64,000 bases of DNA from positions 35,650,001 through 35,714,000 of the forward strand of contig NC_091474.1 of assembly GCF_036971445.1 (NCBI RefSeq), read 5' to 3'. Shown here piece by piece: positions 1 to 11,363 of this stretch (position 1 is its first letter; each line of letters opens with the position of its first letter). The notes beneath the pieces were generated by a model. That model did not search any database, was not told the origin of the DNA, and was given only the letters and a program-made list of their open reading frames with translations. The translations under genes and the position numbers were made by a program. The stretch comes from Narcine bancroftii. Taxonomy: Eukaryota.

Positions 1-170
1 ATTACAATTGAGAAAAGATGGGCAGAACTTTGTCAAAGTTGTATGACAATTATTATCAATGTTAGATACTGTTTAGTTCAATATAATTACTTTACATCAA
101 TTATATTTAACACTGCAAAAATGCACAAAGTGAAATTGGATTAAATGTTTTCGATGTGGTGAAAAAATAT
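1..170 (+). mobile_element. Degenerate L1-clade LINE ORF2 C-terminal fragment
   Basis: Broken frames read WAELC..NVRYCLVQYN..HQLYLT..CFRCG, resembling the end of ORF2 in the L1 at 17900-18100 (LHRLYITPQK..CFRC). Confidence 0.5.
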
Positions 171-769
171 ACTAGTGTTTCTGTCACCAGCCATTTTAAC
201 TCCAGCCATATGTCCAGCCACAGTGACATATTTTGTCTCACCCTATCCATTGCCATGGTGAGGTCAGAGATAAACTTGAGGAGAAACACATCATATTCCT
301 TCGAGACAGCCTTAAACCCAATGGCATGAGCAATAATTTTTTTTAAAGATAATTTTAGGTAAGCCCACCCCCCATCTGATTCCACTGTTTCATCTCTTCT
401 TTACTTACTTTCTTCTCTCACTCTAACTCTTCTTCCCCTGCCTTTCTCTCTTTACCTGTGTCTTCACGTCCCACACCTTCCGTCTTACAATCTATCTCTT
501 CTGGTCCCCTCCCCCAGCTTCTTTCTACCTTTTATCTGTAATTTTACCAATTCTTTCTTAATTTTGTTAAAGGATTCAGACCTTTTCTAGCCATGAATTC
601 TATCTGACCTGCTGAGTTCTACCAGCAAATCTTTGTCTACTCAAAATTCCAGCATCTCCAGCATTTCTGTTTCTCTGAATATATGTAATTGCAGCAGATC
701 AGGAAGGGATAGGAGTGGATAAATCTCCTGCTCCATTTTATATGGCACACTATTGAAGAGAGGAGAGTT

Positions 770-1100
770 AAAATTGCTGCCTCTGTGATAGGTTTTCAGG
801 GACGAGTAAAGAAAGTGATGGATTTTGAGGACATACAAAAAGAAATAAAGAATTCTTATCAATATCAAAATCTTCCCTCATCTGATTAAAAGTTAAAAAC
901 TTACCCTCTTTAAAACAATCTCCCAAATTTTTCACACCTTTAAATCTCCAATGCAATAAATTTTGATAATGTATTGAAAAAGAAACAAGTTGATTATTAT
1001 ACAACGGAGTCAACGCTAATAATTTACCCCTAGAACCTATCATTTTATTTTTCTTTATCCATAACTTCATTAAATGTTTTAGTACAGGCACATTATATTG
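770..1100 (-). mobile_element. Old L1-clade LINE ORF2 fragment
   Basis: ORF 768-1181(-) contains LTPLYNNQLVSF..WRFKGVKNLGDCFKEGKFLTFNQMREDFDI, homologous to NQLIPF..WEKKGIKRIENCFSGNKLLSFEQMKDKYNI of the L1 at 17434-17886. Confidence 0.65.
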
Positions 1101-1111
1101 TTGTAACAAAT

Positions 1112-1335
1112 AAATATTTTGCTTGAGAAAAATTGTCATTGGCCCATTTCCTTCGGACTTATGAAACCGTGCACATAACAAGTCAATTAGGTATGATTAA
1201 AACAGTAGTTTTCAAACTTTTTCTTTCCACTCACATACCACCTTAAGCAATCCCTTACTAATTACAGAGGACCTATGGCATAGGGAATGCTTAAGGTGGA
1301 CTGTGACTTTTAAATAAAAAGGTTGCCTACCCCTG
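1112..1335. mobile_element. hAT-type MITE (partial compound copy)
   Basis: Same sequence family as 41560-41886 and 62535-62837 (TTCCACTCACATACCACCTTAAGCAATCCCTTACTAAT core, palindromic unit). Confidence 0.65.
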
Positions 1336-2895
1336 GTGTAGAGAATCATGAACTTTTCCCCCTTGTTAATAATTGTCCACCACCACTCACAGCTGGGTAT
1401 GTTAGGACTTCAGAGCTTTGATCAGACCTGATGGTTGAGGGATGCCTTAATCCAATCTGGAGCCTGTGTGTGGTAGTCCTTCATTGTTGTTTCACCAAGC
1501 TGGCATCTCATTTTCTGTTATGCCTGGTGCTGCTCCTGGCATGCTTGTCCATGTACCTCATTAGACCAATGTTGATGAGGTCTTGCACCATGTTATTAAG
1601 TTGCATGTGGGTCCACTCAACAGACTTTTGATTCACCCCACAGCACATTACGCTATTGGGTGGATTAAGCGGTTTACAGATTTAAAAGGGTAGAAATTCA
1701 TCTGTAGTCACTATGAATGATATAGAGTTGACTGCCTCTTGTACTCCCCTCTCAAAGTTAAATTCCATTAACTTCAATACTGTATATATCCAAGTATCAA
1801 GAGGGATTCTATAGCTGGGTGCCAATAGTATTTTGTAACTCCGCAGCAATACAAGAGGAGACATTATTACTACTGTAATACTAACTTGACTCTATTGACC
1901 TGTCCCATCAAATAACAAATGCTGTCAGTTTGTATCTCAAAGCAGTCGACTGTGTGAGATTTTCTGGAATTAAGGAAAAGCCACAGACCCTTTCTCACTG
2001 ACCAGAAAATGCAACTGGAATTAATTCAGTGTAATTGTATTCCTGATTATGAATCTATTCAAAAATGAGGACTCATCTTTATTTAAGCTGCTGCCCAAAT
2101 GAATCAGGCATAAATCACAGCCTACTTTTATTTCTGAGATCACATATTTCTATAAAAGATTCTCTCCTGAATACACTTAGGAATAATATATTCCCTGTGA
2201 TTAAAAAAAATGTATCCAATACAAACTAAAATGCGAAATTCTTACCAGGATCCAAAGCACAATCAGCTGGTTCAGAAGCAATCTGCTATTCCTTTACAAC
2301 TCAGCCAGATAGACCACATGTAGTACAGGAGCTCCTTATCTCATGATGAGCATTTAACTATCTTCAGATCCAACAGGAATTTCTGATTTTATAAAACATC
2401 CATGCCTGAATATTAGTGGTGTGGTATTTACAAAATAGCTGAGTAGCACGACCAGGGCATTCAAGAATCAGACAAACCACAGTAGATAAGGCAGAGCAAA
2501 TACTTCAGTCAATTGATTAGGGGAGAAATGCAATTAACAGATGTGATAAACCTGACTGTTAAGACAGCACTTCAAGAAAATGGAAACTTCTGTCAGAAAA
2601 GCTTAACATACTTAGAATTCAAACAATACATGAAGAACAAGAAATGACTCTAAAATCACTATTCTGATACCACATTTAAAAGAATGTACAATCTTCTCAC
2701 TGTCTACAAACCCCTACCTATATATTTATGCAGGTACAGATATCTCTTATTTGCTCTTTGTTTCCAGGTTTCATAAATTACTGATTATGGATTTAGTGAC
2801 ATTGTAAAATTCAACTCCAGCAACTCCATAGTTAGCAAGTCTTTCTTGTTGCTCATTACAGGAAACTTCACTAAGGAGCTACTATTGCAGCTGAA

Positions 2896-3041
2896 CTTCT
2901 CTGTGGATTGTCACCTTGTCGTGGTGGAGAAGCTTGTGCGGTCCTGAGATCGCGAGAGTGATGCCACCTGGAGCTATGCTCCTGGTAGGACCACCCATGG
3001 CGGTAAGGGCGAGGGTGAGGCCCCTGACAAAGAACAATCCA
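2896..3041 (+). ncRNA. Candidate HDV-like ribozyme fold
   Basis: P1 CTTCTCT(2896-2902)/GGAGAAG(2926-2932); P2 TGGATTGT-C(2904-2912)/G-a-ACAATCCA(3032-3041); P3 ACC/GGT around L3 TTGTCGT; single P1.1 pair G2918-C2933; J4/2 C3028-AAA. Confidence 0.5.
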
Positions 3042-3340
3042 AGACCTCAACAGTGGAGCAGGCAACCAAGTTACTCTGAACTCAACGGATGTGAAGGCAG
3101 ACGAAGGCTATAACAAATCCATCAGCTCCATTTGTTGCGGTTTTCATACCATTGGAACTAATTGGTTGCTTTGTGAAGTATCATGTGCTTCTTGTGGTGT
3201 AACAGCAAGTGCACATTAAACAAATACATGGACAGGCGTCTTCGCTCGGTGGGCTACTTTCCAAGACTGGACTCATAAGCCACTTGAGAGCCCATAGGAA
3301 TGAAGACCATCATCCTCAACCTCAAAGGGTAGCCACAACT
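2896..3340 (+). mobile_element. Non-autonomous bipartite RTE-derived retroelement (RTE 5' UTR joined to RTE 3' end)
   Basis: Starts with an RTE-type leader (GTCACCTTGTCGTGGTGGAG). From 3260 reads SKTGLISHLRAHR, the RTE ORF C-terminus (compare SRIGLVSHKRAC of the long RTE), then an RTE-like 3' hairpin (ATCCTCAACCTCAAAGGGT). No EN/RT sequence in between. Confidence 0.7.
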
Positions 3341-3789
3341 AGGACATACCCATGATTCTGGACACTCACACACAAAGTGAGAAGTATATAGATTTCAAAC
3401 TTCCAGAAAAATAATTAAGGTTAAATGGATGAATATGGAGAAAACTTTTGAGTTATCCTAATAACAGGTGTTCAAGTGTTCCCACTCTGTATACTTTAAT
3501 TGTCATGCAATTTAAACTGGCACTAAAATAAGAGAATGTCTAATTTAAATGATTCCTTATCTTTGGAAGTTGACAAATTAGACAAGAGACTGCTGGAAAA
3601 CCAAAGTGAAATTCGAAATTATTCTAAGCACACAACCAGTTATCAAAAATAAAAGGGAAGGTTTTCGATTAAAAAGTAAGGAGCACAGAGCCCCTCTGAA
3701 GGGTTGTAAACATTAATCTAACCTTTTCCTTCAGAAACCAAACGATCGACTGTGTATTTCAGAAATAATCACCCTGATTATTAGGAAGA

Positions 3790-3935
3790 ACTGTGACACA
3801 GCAGCACCAAAACCCAGAATGAAGTCTCCCTTGGAGCCACTGTGGCCAGGCACGTCTGTCCCTGACTGGCCTCGTCATCTACCAGCGAGCCTGCAGCCCC
3901 CTTCCTAAATCTTTGTTCACAAAGCCAAGCCATGA
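3790..3935 (+). mobile_element. Degenerate RTE LINE 3' fragment
   Basis: Ends GAGCCTGCAGC..TAAATCTTTGTTCACAAAGCCAAGCCA, matching the 3' end of the RTE at 7197-7270. Confidence 0.6.
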
Positions 3936-4429
3936 TCTGTCGATATTTTTCTTAAAACTATAATCAGATAATTATGGATGTCTTTAAAAAATGGTCTTTT
4001 AAGGTTTATATCTCAATTAAATACAGGGTTTGATTTACCTCACAATATAATTACTTACCATTGTGTTCCACTGTCAAATCATCAAATCCATCATCATATT
4101 TATGGCACCTTGATATATGAACAACTGGGTGCCTTCCCTAGAAAACCAGCAATAATTATTTATTTACACTGGAAGAACTTTTCCCTTCTTGATTTCCAGT
4201 AATTGAAATGTTTTACATCTGTTACAGTAATGTGTGGGTTTCTTATCTCTCACTCTCTATCATCTTGCATCTCTTCCTCATCTGCATCTCATCTACAGAA
4301 ATCAACTACACACCTACATTTAATATGCCTTTACCACCCACCCTCTCCAAGGGGCAACACATCAATTGTGTCATTTACACTCCCTGGTTTCTGTTGTGGT
4401 TAATGTTAAAGGCTGTTGTAGGTAACAAC

Positions 4430-5250
4430 AGAAAATAGTCAGAACGTAGAGATGGGTGGAAAAAGTGTCAGATAGAGTTCAATCCAGATAAATGTCAGCT
4501 GATGCATTTTGGTAGGTCAAACTTGAAGGCAGAGTACATGGTTAATGGTAGGATATTTAACAAAGCGGAAGAACAGAGGGGTCTTATGGTCTAAATTCAT
4601 AGATCTCTTAAGGTCACCACGTAGGTTGATAGGACAGTTAAAAAGGTCGATGGTATGCTGGGCTTCACTAATTGAGGGATTGAGTTTAGGAGTCATGAGG
4701 AAATGTTGAAGCTCTATAAATCTCTGGTGAGGCCACACTTAGAATATTGTGTTTAGTTCTTGGTCACCTCATTTCAGCAAAGATGTGGAAGCGATGGACA
4801 GGGTGCAGAGAAGATTTATCAGGATGCTGCCTGGATTGGAAAATATGTCTTTCTGAAGCCAAGTTAGCAGAGCTAAGGGTTTTTTCTTTAGAGTGAAGAA
4901 GGATGAGAGAAGACTTGATATAGGTCTACAAAATTCTGAGAGGCACAATAGGGTGGACAGTCAGCACCTTTTTCTCAGGGCAAGAATAGGAGGCACCAGA
5001 AGACATCTGTAGAAAGTAAAGGGAGGAAAGTTTAGGGGAGATATAAGGTACACAGAGAGTTGTGGGTGCTTGGAATGCATTGCTTAGGTGGTGGAGGTTG
5101 GAACAATAGGGCCATTTAAGAGACTCGTAGACAATCACATGGATGAATGAAAAATGAGGTGGGATGGGTTAGTTTTTTTGGTACATATAGTTTGGCACAA
5201 CATTGTGAGCCGAAGAGTCTATACTGTTCTACAATGTTGTATGTTCTATT
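4430..5250 (+). mobile_element. CR1-clade LINE 3' fragment
   Basis: Decayed ORF2 motifs FNPDKC.LMHFGRSN, LYKSLVRPHLEYCV.FW, VQRRF.RMLPGL; TGTTCTA-type tail. Confidence 0.85.
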
Positions 5251-7196
5251 GCAGACACTGTAGTTGTCCTTTCTACCTCTACAACCTCTCCTTTGCAATT
5301 TAAAACACAACCACAGGAGAGAACAGAGAAACGGTGTCAAAAAATCATCGCACATCCAAAACAACTGGCGGAAGCAGGGGCCAAATGTTGTGTGCACAAG
5401 TAACCAAGAAATCTAATCTGAAGTAAACTACATCCTAAATAATGCAATGCATTGCACAGACAAAAACTTACTGGAGGAACTCAGCAGGTGAGACAGCATC
5501 TGTGGGTAGAAATGGTCACTCTGCAGCTTTTGTGTTTTTCTAATGGAAGGCATTTACTGACATCAAATAATATCTATTCACTAGCTAACTTCCTGCTATA
5601 CTCTCACTTTAAATGCAGCACTGTGACCCAAAATGTCAACAGTTCCTTTGCCCTACATCAATGCTGCTCGACTCCCTGCTTGACTTCTGCCACCAATTTG
5701 GTTTTTTTTTGCTCCAGGTTCCAGCATTTGCAGTCTCTGTGTTTCCAGTGGATGTTCACTGCCACCATTCTAGGCCAATAAAGAATCATTTCAGACACTA
5801 AAGTGATTAACATATTGAAATTCAGATCCTGCTTTCCTCAAGGGGCTTTTACCCCAGATATGGAAGTCGATGGATTAGAATTAGGTTTTAAAAATGCCAT
5901 CAATTCTAATGCAACTAACCTCCTAATTGGTTGATCTGCCTTCAAGCCTGTAATACATTCATGGTAGATTCATCCCAGTCTTTATCTCCACTTCTATGCC
6001 ATCTCCCCATAGCCCTCATTTCCCTGTCTTTGCTCTTTAAATACTCCATATGATCAGGTCTCCACAACCCTTGGAATTTATGCTATCCAAAAAAAAAAGG
6101 TGAGTCATTCATCTTAGATTTGTTCTGGAAAGTTGGGTTCCTCCATTGACTCTTCACTAAACCCTGCTCTACTGACTGACAGAAATGGACCGTCAACATG
6201 GCCTGGAGCCTTCAGTATTTATCACCATGAAAGATAGCCCTGTGAACACTTGACATCAGCTCATGTAAGCGACATCACATCTTGCCAAGAACATTCCCTA
6301 AAACTCATTTATAAAAATATGTAGGGATTTTAAGGGAAAAGAATAAGATATCTATGTAAATTATTCACTGTAACCTATGTGTGATCACAGCTAAAAGTAA
6401 GGTGAGATGGATTGCCACAAGGCAGATACAATCAGTGTCTGTTGGTTAAATAGGCACCATACAAGGAAGACATTTAAATTGCTTTCACCAATGTGCAATT
6501 AACCAGACTTTTTTTGCCCCAGCGCTTTGACCTTGAGAATGTCTTAAAATATTGATAAAAGTAGAGAAGAAGAGTGCATTCCATTATATATGTTGATTCA
6601 GCAAGGCTAAATCTGATTGTGAAGAACAACTCCTTATTAAACAAAAGCAGTTAAAGACTATTAACTACTGGGTAAGGGACACGGTCCAATGTAATGAATC
6701 CTTAGAAACATACTTCAATGGAAAAAGGATTGTGAAATGATGTTCAAATGTTCTGGAAAGCTGGCAGTCTGTATAAATATGCAACTTATGAGTTCTCATG
6801 CTTTGCAATGTAACAATAAAGTATAGTAAAATTTGTAGCCATATTTACGTTCATTTATCAAGTAATCTTAGGTCCACTTTTCACAATCTCATTATCATTT
6901 TCAATATTTTCAGAAACTATTTGTGCTGTTTATTTCCTCAGCACACATCACAGGGACTAGTTTCAGGAAAACGAAATCTCAGCAAAGACTATCCAGCCCT
7001 CATTAAAGCCTGTATACCGCATTTCTTAAAATTTAAGGTGGATGCTGTTGGAATCTAGGGGTTAAAACATTATGAAAGAAATGATTAATTAATAAGTTTA
7101 TATTTACTGCATGGTTCAGGGGAAAAGAGGAATGTGATTAAGTGGCAATCACAGCATGGAGCAAAGTTGGCTGAGCAAAATGGTCTGCTCCCAAAT

Positions 7197-10100
7197 TTTT
7201 TTTTTCTTTGGCTTGGCTTCGCGGACGAAGATTTATGGAGGGGGTAAAAAGTCCACGTCAGCTGCAGGCTCGTTTGTGGCTGACAAGTCCGATGCGGGAC
7301 AGGCAGACACGATTGCAGCGGTTGCAAGGGAAAATTGGTTGGTTGGGGTTGGGTGTTGGGTTTTTCCTCCTTTGCCTTTTGTCAGTGAGGTGGGCTCTGC
7401 GGTCTTCTTCAAAGGAGGCTGCTGCCCGCCAAACTGTGAGGCGCCAAGATGCACGGTTTGAGGCGTTATCAGCCCACTGGCGGTGGTCAATGTGGCAGGC
7501 ACCAAGAGATTTCTTTAGGCAGTCCTTGTACCTTTTCTTTGGTGCACCTCTGTCACGGTGGCCAGTGGAGAGCTCGCCATATAATACGATCTTGGGAAGG
7601 CGATGGTCCTCCATTCTGGAGACGTGACTCATCCAGCGCAGCTGGATCTTCAGCAGCGTGGACTCGATGCTGTCGACCTCTGCCATCTCGAGTACCTCGA
7701 CGTTAGGGGTGTAAGCGCTCCAATGGATGTTGAGGATGGAGCGGAGACAACGCTGGTGGAAGCATTCTAGGAGCCGTAGGTGGTGCCGGTAGAGGACCCA
7801 TGATTCGGAGCCGAACAGGAGTGTGGGTATGACAACGGCTCTGTATACGCTTATCTTTGTGAGATTTTTCAGTTGGTTGTTTTTCCAGACTCTTTTGTGT
7901 AGTCTTCCAAAGGCGCTATTTGCCTTGGCGAGTCTGTTGTCTATCTCATTGTCGATCCTTGCATCTGATGAAATGGTGCAGCCGAGATAGGTAAACTGGT
8001 TGACCGTTTTGAGTTTTGTGTGCCCGATGGAGATGTGGGGGGGCTGGTAGTCATGGTGGGGAGCTGGCTGATGGAGGACCTCAGTTTTCTTCAGGCTGAC
8101 TTCCAGGCCAAACATTTTGGCAGTTTCCGCAAAGCAGGACGTCAAGCGCTGAAGAGCTGGCTCTGAATGGGCAACTAAAGCGGCATCATCTGCAAAGAGT
8201 AGTTCACGGACAAGTTTCTCTTGTGTCTTGGTGTGAGCTTGCAGGCGCCTCAGATTGAAGAGACTGCCATCCGTGCGGTACCGGATGTAAACAGCGTCTT
8301 CATTGTTGGGGTCTTTCATGGCTTGGTTCAGCATCATGCTGAAGAAGATTGAAAAGAGGGTTGGTGCGAGAACATAGCCTTGCTTCACGCCATTGTTAAT
8401 GGAGAAGGGTTCAGAGAGCTCATTGCTGTATCTGACCCGACCTTGTTGGTTTTCGTGCAGTTGGATAATCATGTTGAGGAACTTCGGGGGACATCCGATG
8501 CGCTCTAGTATTTGCCAAAGCCCTTTCCTGCTCACGGTGTCGAAGGCTTTGGTGAGGTCAACAAAGGTGATGTAGAGTCCTTTGTTTTGTTCTCTGCACT
8601 TTTCTTGGAGCTGTCTCAGGGCAAAGACCATGTCAGTGGTTCCTCTGTTTGCGCGAAAGCCGCACTGTGATTCTGGGAGAATATTCTCGGCGACACTAGG
8701 TATTATTCTATTTAGTAGAATCCTAGCGAAGATTTTGCCTGCAATGGAGAGCAACGTGATTCCCCTGTAGTTTGAGCAGTCTGATTTCTCGCCTTTGTTT
8801 TTGTACAGGGTGATGATGGTGGCATCACGAAGATCCTGAGGCAGTTTACCTTGGTCCCAACAAAGCTTGAAAAACTCATGCAGTTTGGCATGCAGAGTTT
8901 TGCCGCCAGCCTTCCAGACTTCTGGGGGGATTCCATCCATACCTGCTGCTTTGCCACTTTTCAGTTGTTCGATTGCCTTATATGTCTCATCCAGGGTGGG
9001 AACCTCATCCAGCTCTAGCCTTAGGGGCTGTTGAGGGAGCTGGAGCAGGGCGGAATCTTGGACTGAGCGGTTGGCACTGAAAAGAGATTGGAAGTGTTCT
9101 GACCATCGGTTGAGGATGGAGATCTTGTCGCTGAGGAGGACTTTGCCGTCTGAGCTGCGCAGCGGGCTTTGGACTTGGGGTGAGGGGCCGTACACAGCCT
9201 TTAGAGCCTCGTAGAAACCCCTGAAGTCGCCAATGTCCGCGCTGAGCTGTGTTCGTTTGGCGAGGCTAGTCCACCACTCATTTATCTCCCGGAGTTTGCG
9301 CTGAAGATGGCTGCATGCGCGACGGAAGGCTTGTTTTTTCTCTGGACAGGACGGCTTTGTAAGGTGAGCCTGGTGGGCAGCTCGCTTCTTTGCCAGCAGC
9401 TCCTGGATTTCCTGGCTGTTTTCCTCAAACCAGTCCTTGTTTTTCCTGGAGGAGAAGCCCAGTACCTCTTCAGTGGATTGCAGTATGGTAGTCTTCAACT
9501 GATCCCAGAGGGTTTCAGGGGACGGGTCCGTGAGGCGGGTTGCAACGTCGAGCTTTGCTTTGAGGTTTGCCTGGAAGTTTCCTCTCGCTTCGTCTGACTG
9601 CAGTTTTCCAACATTGAACCTCTTTCTGGGGGCTTTATTGTTCCTGGGCTTTGGCTTGAAGTGAAGGTTGAGCTTGCAGCGAACCAGCCGGTGGTCAGTG
9701 TGGCATTCCGCGCTAGGCATGACCCTGGTGTGGAGCACATCTCGTTTGTCTCTTTCTCGCACCAGGACGTAGTCCAGGAGGTGCCAGTGTTTGGATCGGG
9801 GATGCATCCAGGTAGTTTTCAGGCTGTCCCTCTGCTGAAAAAGGGTGTTTGTAATGACAAGCCGCTGTTCTGCGCAGAGCTCCAACAGGAGGCGCCCATT
9901 GTCGTTGCACTTGCCGACGCCATGCTTGCCCAGGATTCCTGGCCAGGTTTCTGAGTCTTTGCCGACACGAGCGTTGAAGTCGCCCAGGATGACAACCTTG
10001 TCGGCTGTAGGGGTACGTTGGATGAGGTTGCGCAGGTCGGTGTAGAACTTGTTCTTTTCTGCTGGTTCCGCCTGGAGGGTTGGAGCATAGACACTGATGA

Positions 10101-10496
10101 GGGTGATGTGACGCTTGTTTTAAAGTGGGAGTCGCATGGACATGATTCGGTCCGAGAGGCCTGTCGGAAGGTTTTCGAGTTTGGAGGCAATGAAGCTCTT
10201 GACCATGAAGCCTACACCAGATAGGCGTCGTTCATCCGAAGGCTTGCCAGACCAGTAGAGTGTGTAGCCCGCGCCGCGTTCTTGGAGGCTGCCTACATCT
10301 GCCAGGCGGACTTCACTGAGAGCGGCTATGTCGATGTCAAGTCTGAGGAGTTCATGTGCAATGAGGGCAGACCGACGTTCAGGTCGGTGGCTGTCAGCCT
10401 TGTCTAGCATGGTTCTGATGTTCCAGCATGCTAGCTTGAGTTTGTGAGCATCTTTTGAGGGGGAGGACGTGGAGGGGGAGGACGTTGAGGGGGAGG
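7197..10496 (-). mobile_element. Young RTE-clade LINE, 5'-truncated just upstream of the endonuclease
   Basis: Single EN-RT ORF, short 3' UTR ending GCCAAGCCAAAG plus A-tail; interrupts LTR #1; GC- and CpG-rich relative to flanks. Confidence 0.95.
7258..10494 (-). pseudogene. RTE ORF (APE endonuclease + reverse transcriptase + C-terminal Cys/His motif) with one premature stop
   Basis: LACWNIRT, ALSEVR, VILGDFNARVG, LDYVLV, HTDHRLV (EN); QCGFR, FVDLTKAFDTV, GVKQG, LFADD, YLG (RT); CNRCNRVCLSRIGLVSH. ORFs 10120-10410 and 7258-9885 share a frame, separated by TAA at 10120-10122. Confidence 0.92.
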
Positions 10497-10554
10497 AAAT
10501 GCATAAAACGATTTAGGAGGAATGCTCAAACTGAAGGAGGTTGGGGGTAGCACA

Positions 10555-11363
10555 TGTCGGACTCTGGCTTTAACTTACTCTTAATTTAGTCTATGTGTAG
10601 TCTGAGTCCAGCGCGTTCTTTGAATGAAGTGATAGGAGAAGGTATTCGGTTCAACAGTCAATTTATTACACAGCACAAGAATAAAACTTAACAGAGCTCT
10701 GGGTCACTCATTAGTTCATAGGTCACCTGCACAGTGAGCTACTCCCCAAGACTGACCCCTATTGTCCAGTTGGTTCAGTTTATATAGATCAACCTTATAC
10801 AGAACAAAAGTTGGCTTCCTTTGCTAGATTTCATTATCATACAGAACAAAAGTTGTCTTCCTTTGCTAGATCTTTTTGCATAAGGGTTATCACAAGTCAT
10901 CTCCTGTTTTGCAGATATCTGGGGTGTAGCACTCCCATCTTAATCCTCCAGGCCAGACTATCTTGTTGTGTTGATCAGAAATTAATTCATCCCCAGATAT
11001 TTCTAATCACCATTCTGTCCCTGTCTGGCCAATTTCTGCTGTTCTCTTTAACACCTCCTCCTGCCTTAATCTTCCTCCTAGACTGGTTTTCCATTCCCTT
11101 TGTTTCTTACAGGCCATTCTTTGTTCTGATCTGGCCTGTGTCTCCTGTGCTACTCACCACCTCCTTTAGTTTGAGCATTCCTCCTAAATCGTTTTATGCA
11201 TTTCCTCTCCCTGTATTTTGGAGAGACAATTTTTGTTCAGCCAACTTTGCTCCATGCTGTGATTGCCACTTAATCACATTCCTTTTTCCCTGAACCATGC
11301 AGTAAATATACACTTATTAATTAATCATTTATTTCATACTGTTTTAACCCCTAAATTCCAACA
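10555..11363 (-). mobile_element. Solo LTR #2 (809 bp), same family as LTR #1, inserted in inverted orientation
   Basis: Plus-strand termini TGTCGGA...TCCAACA; TSD CACA (10551-10554, 11364-11367); its own sequence shows the uninterrupted target GTAG-CACA-GGAGAC. Confidence 0.92.

Noticed and set aside
2242-2385. Possible minus-strand exon (donor CTG|GTAAG near 2245)
   Set aside because: Stops in the frames checked and no VSTM2 Ig motifs; at most a non-coding or cryptic exon
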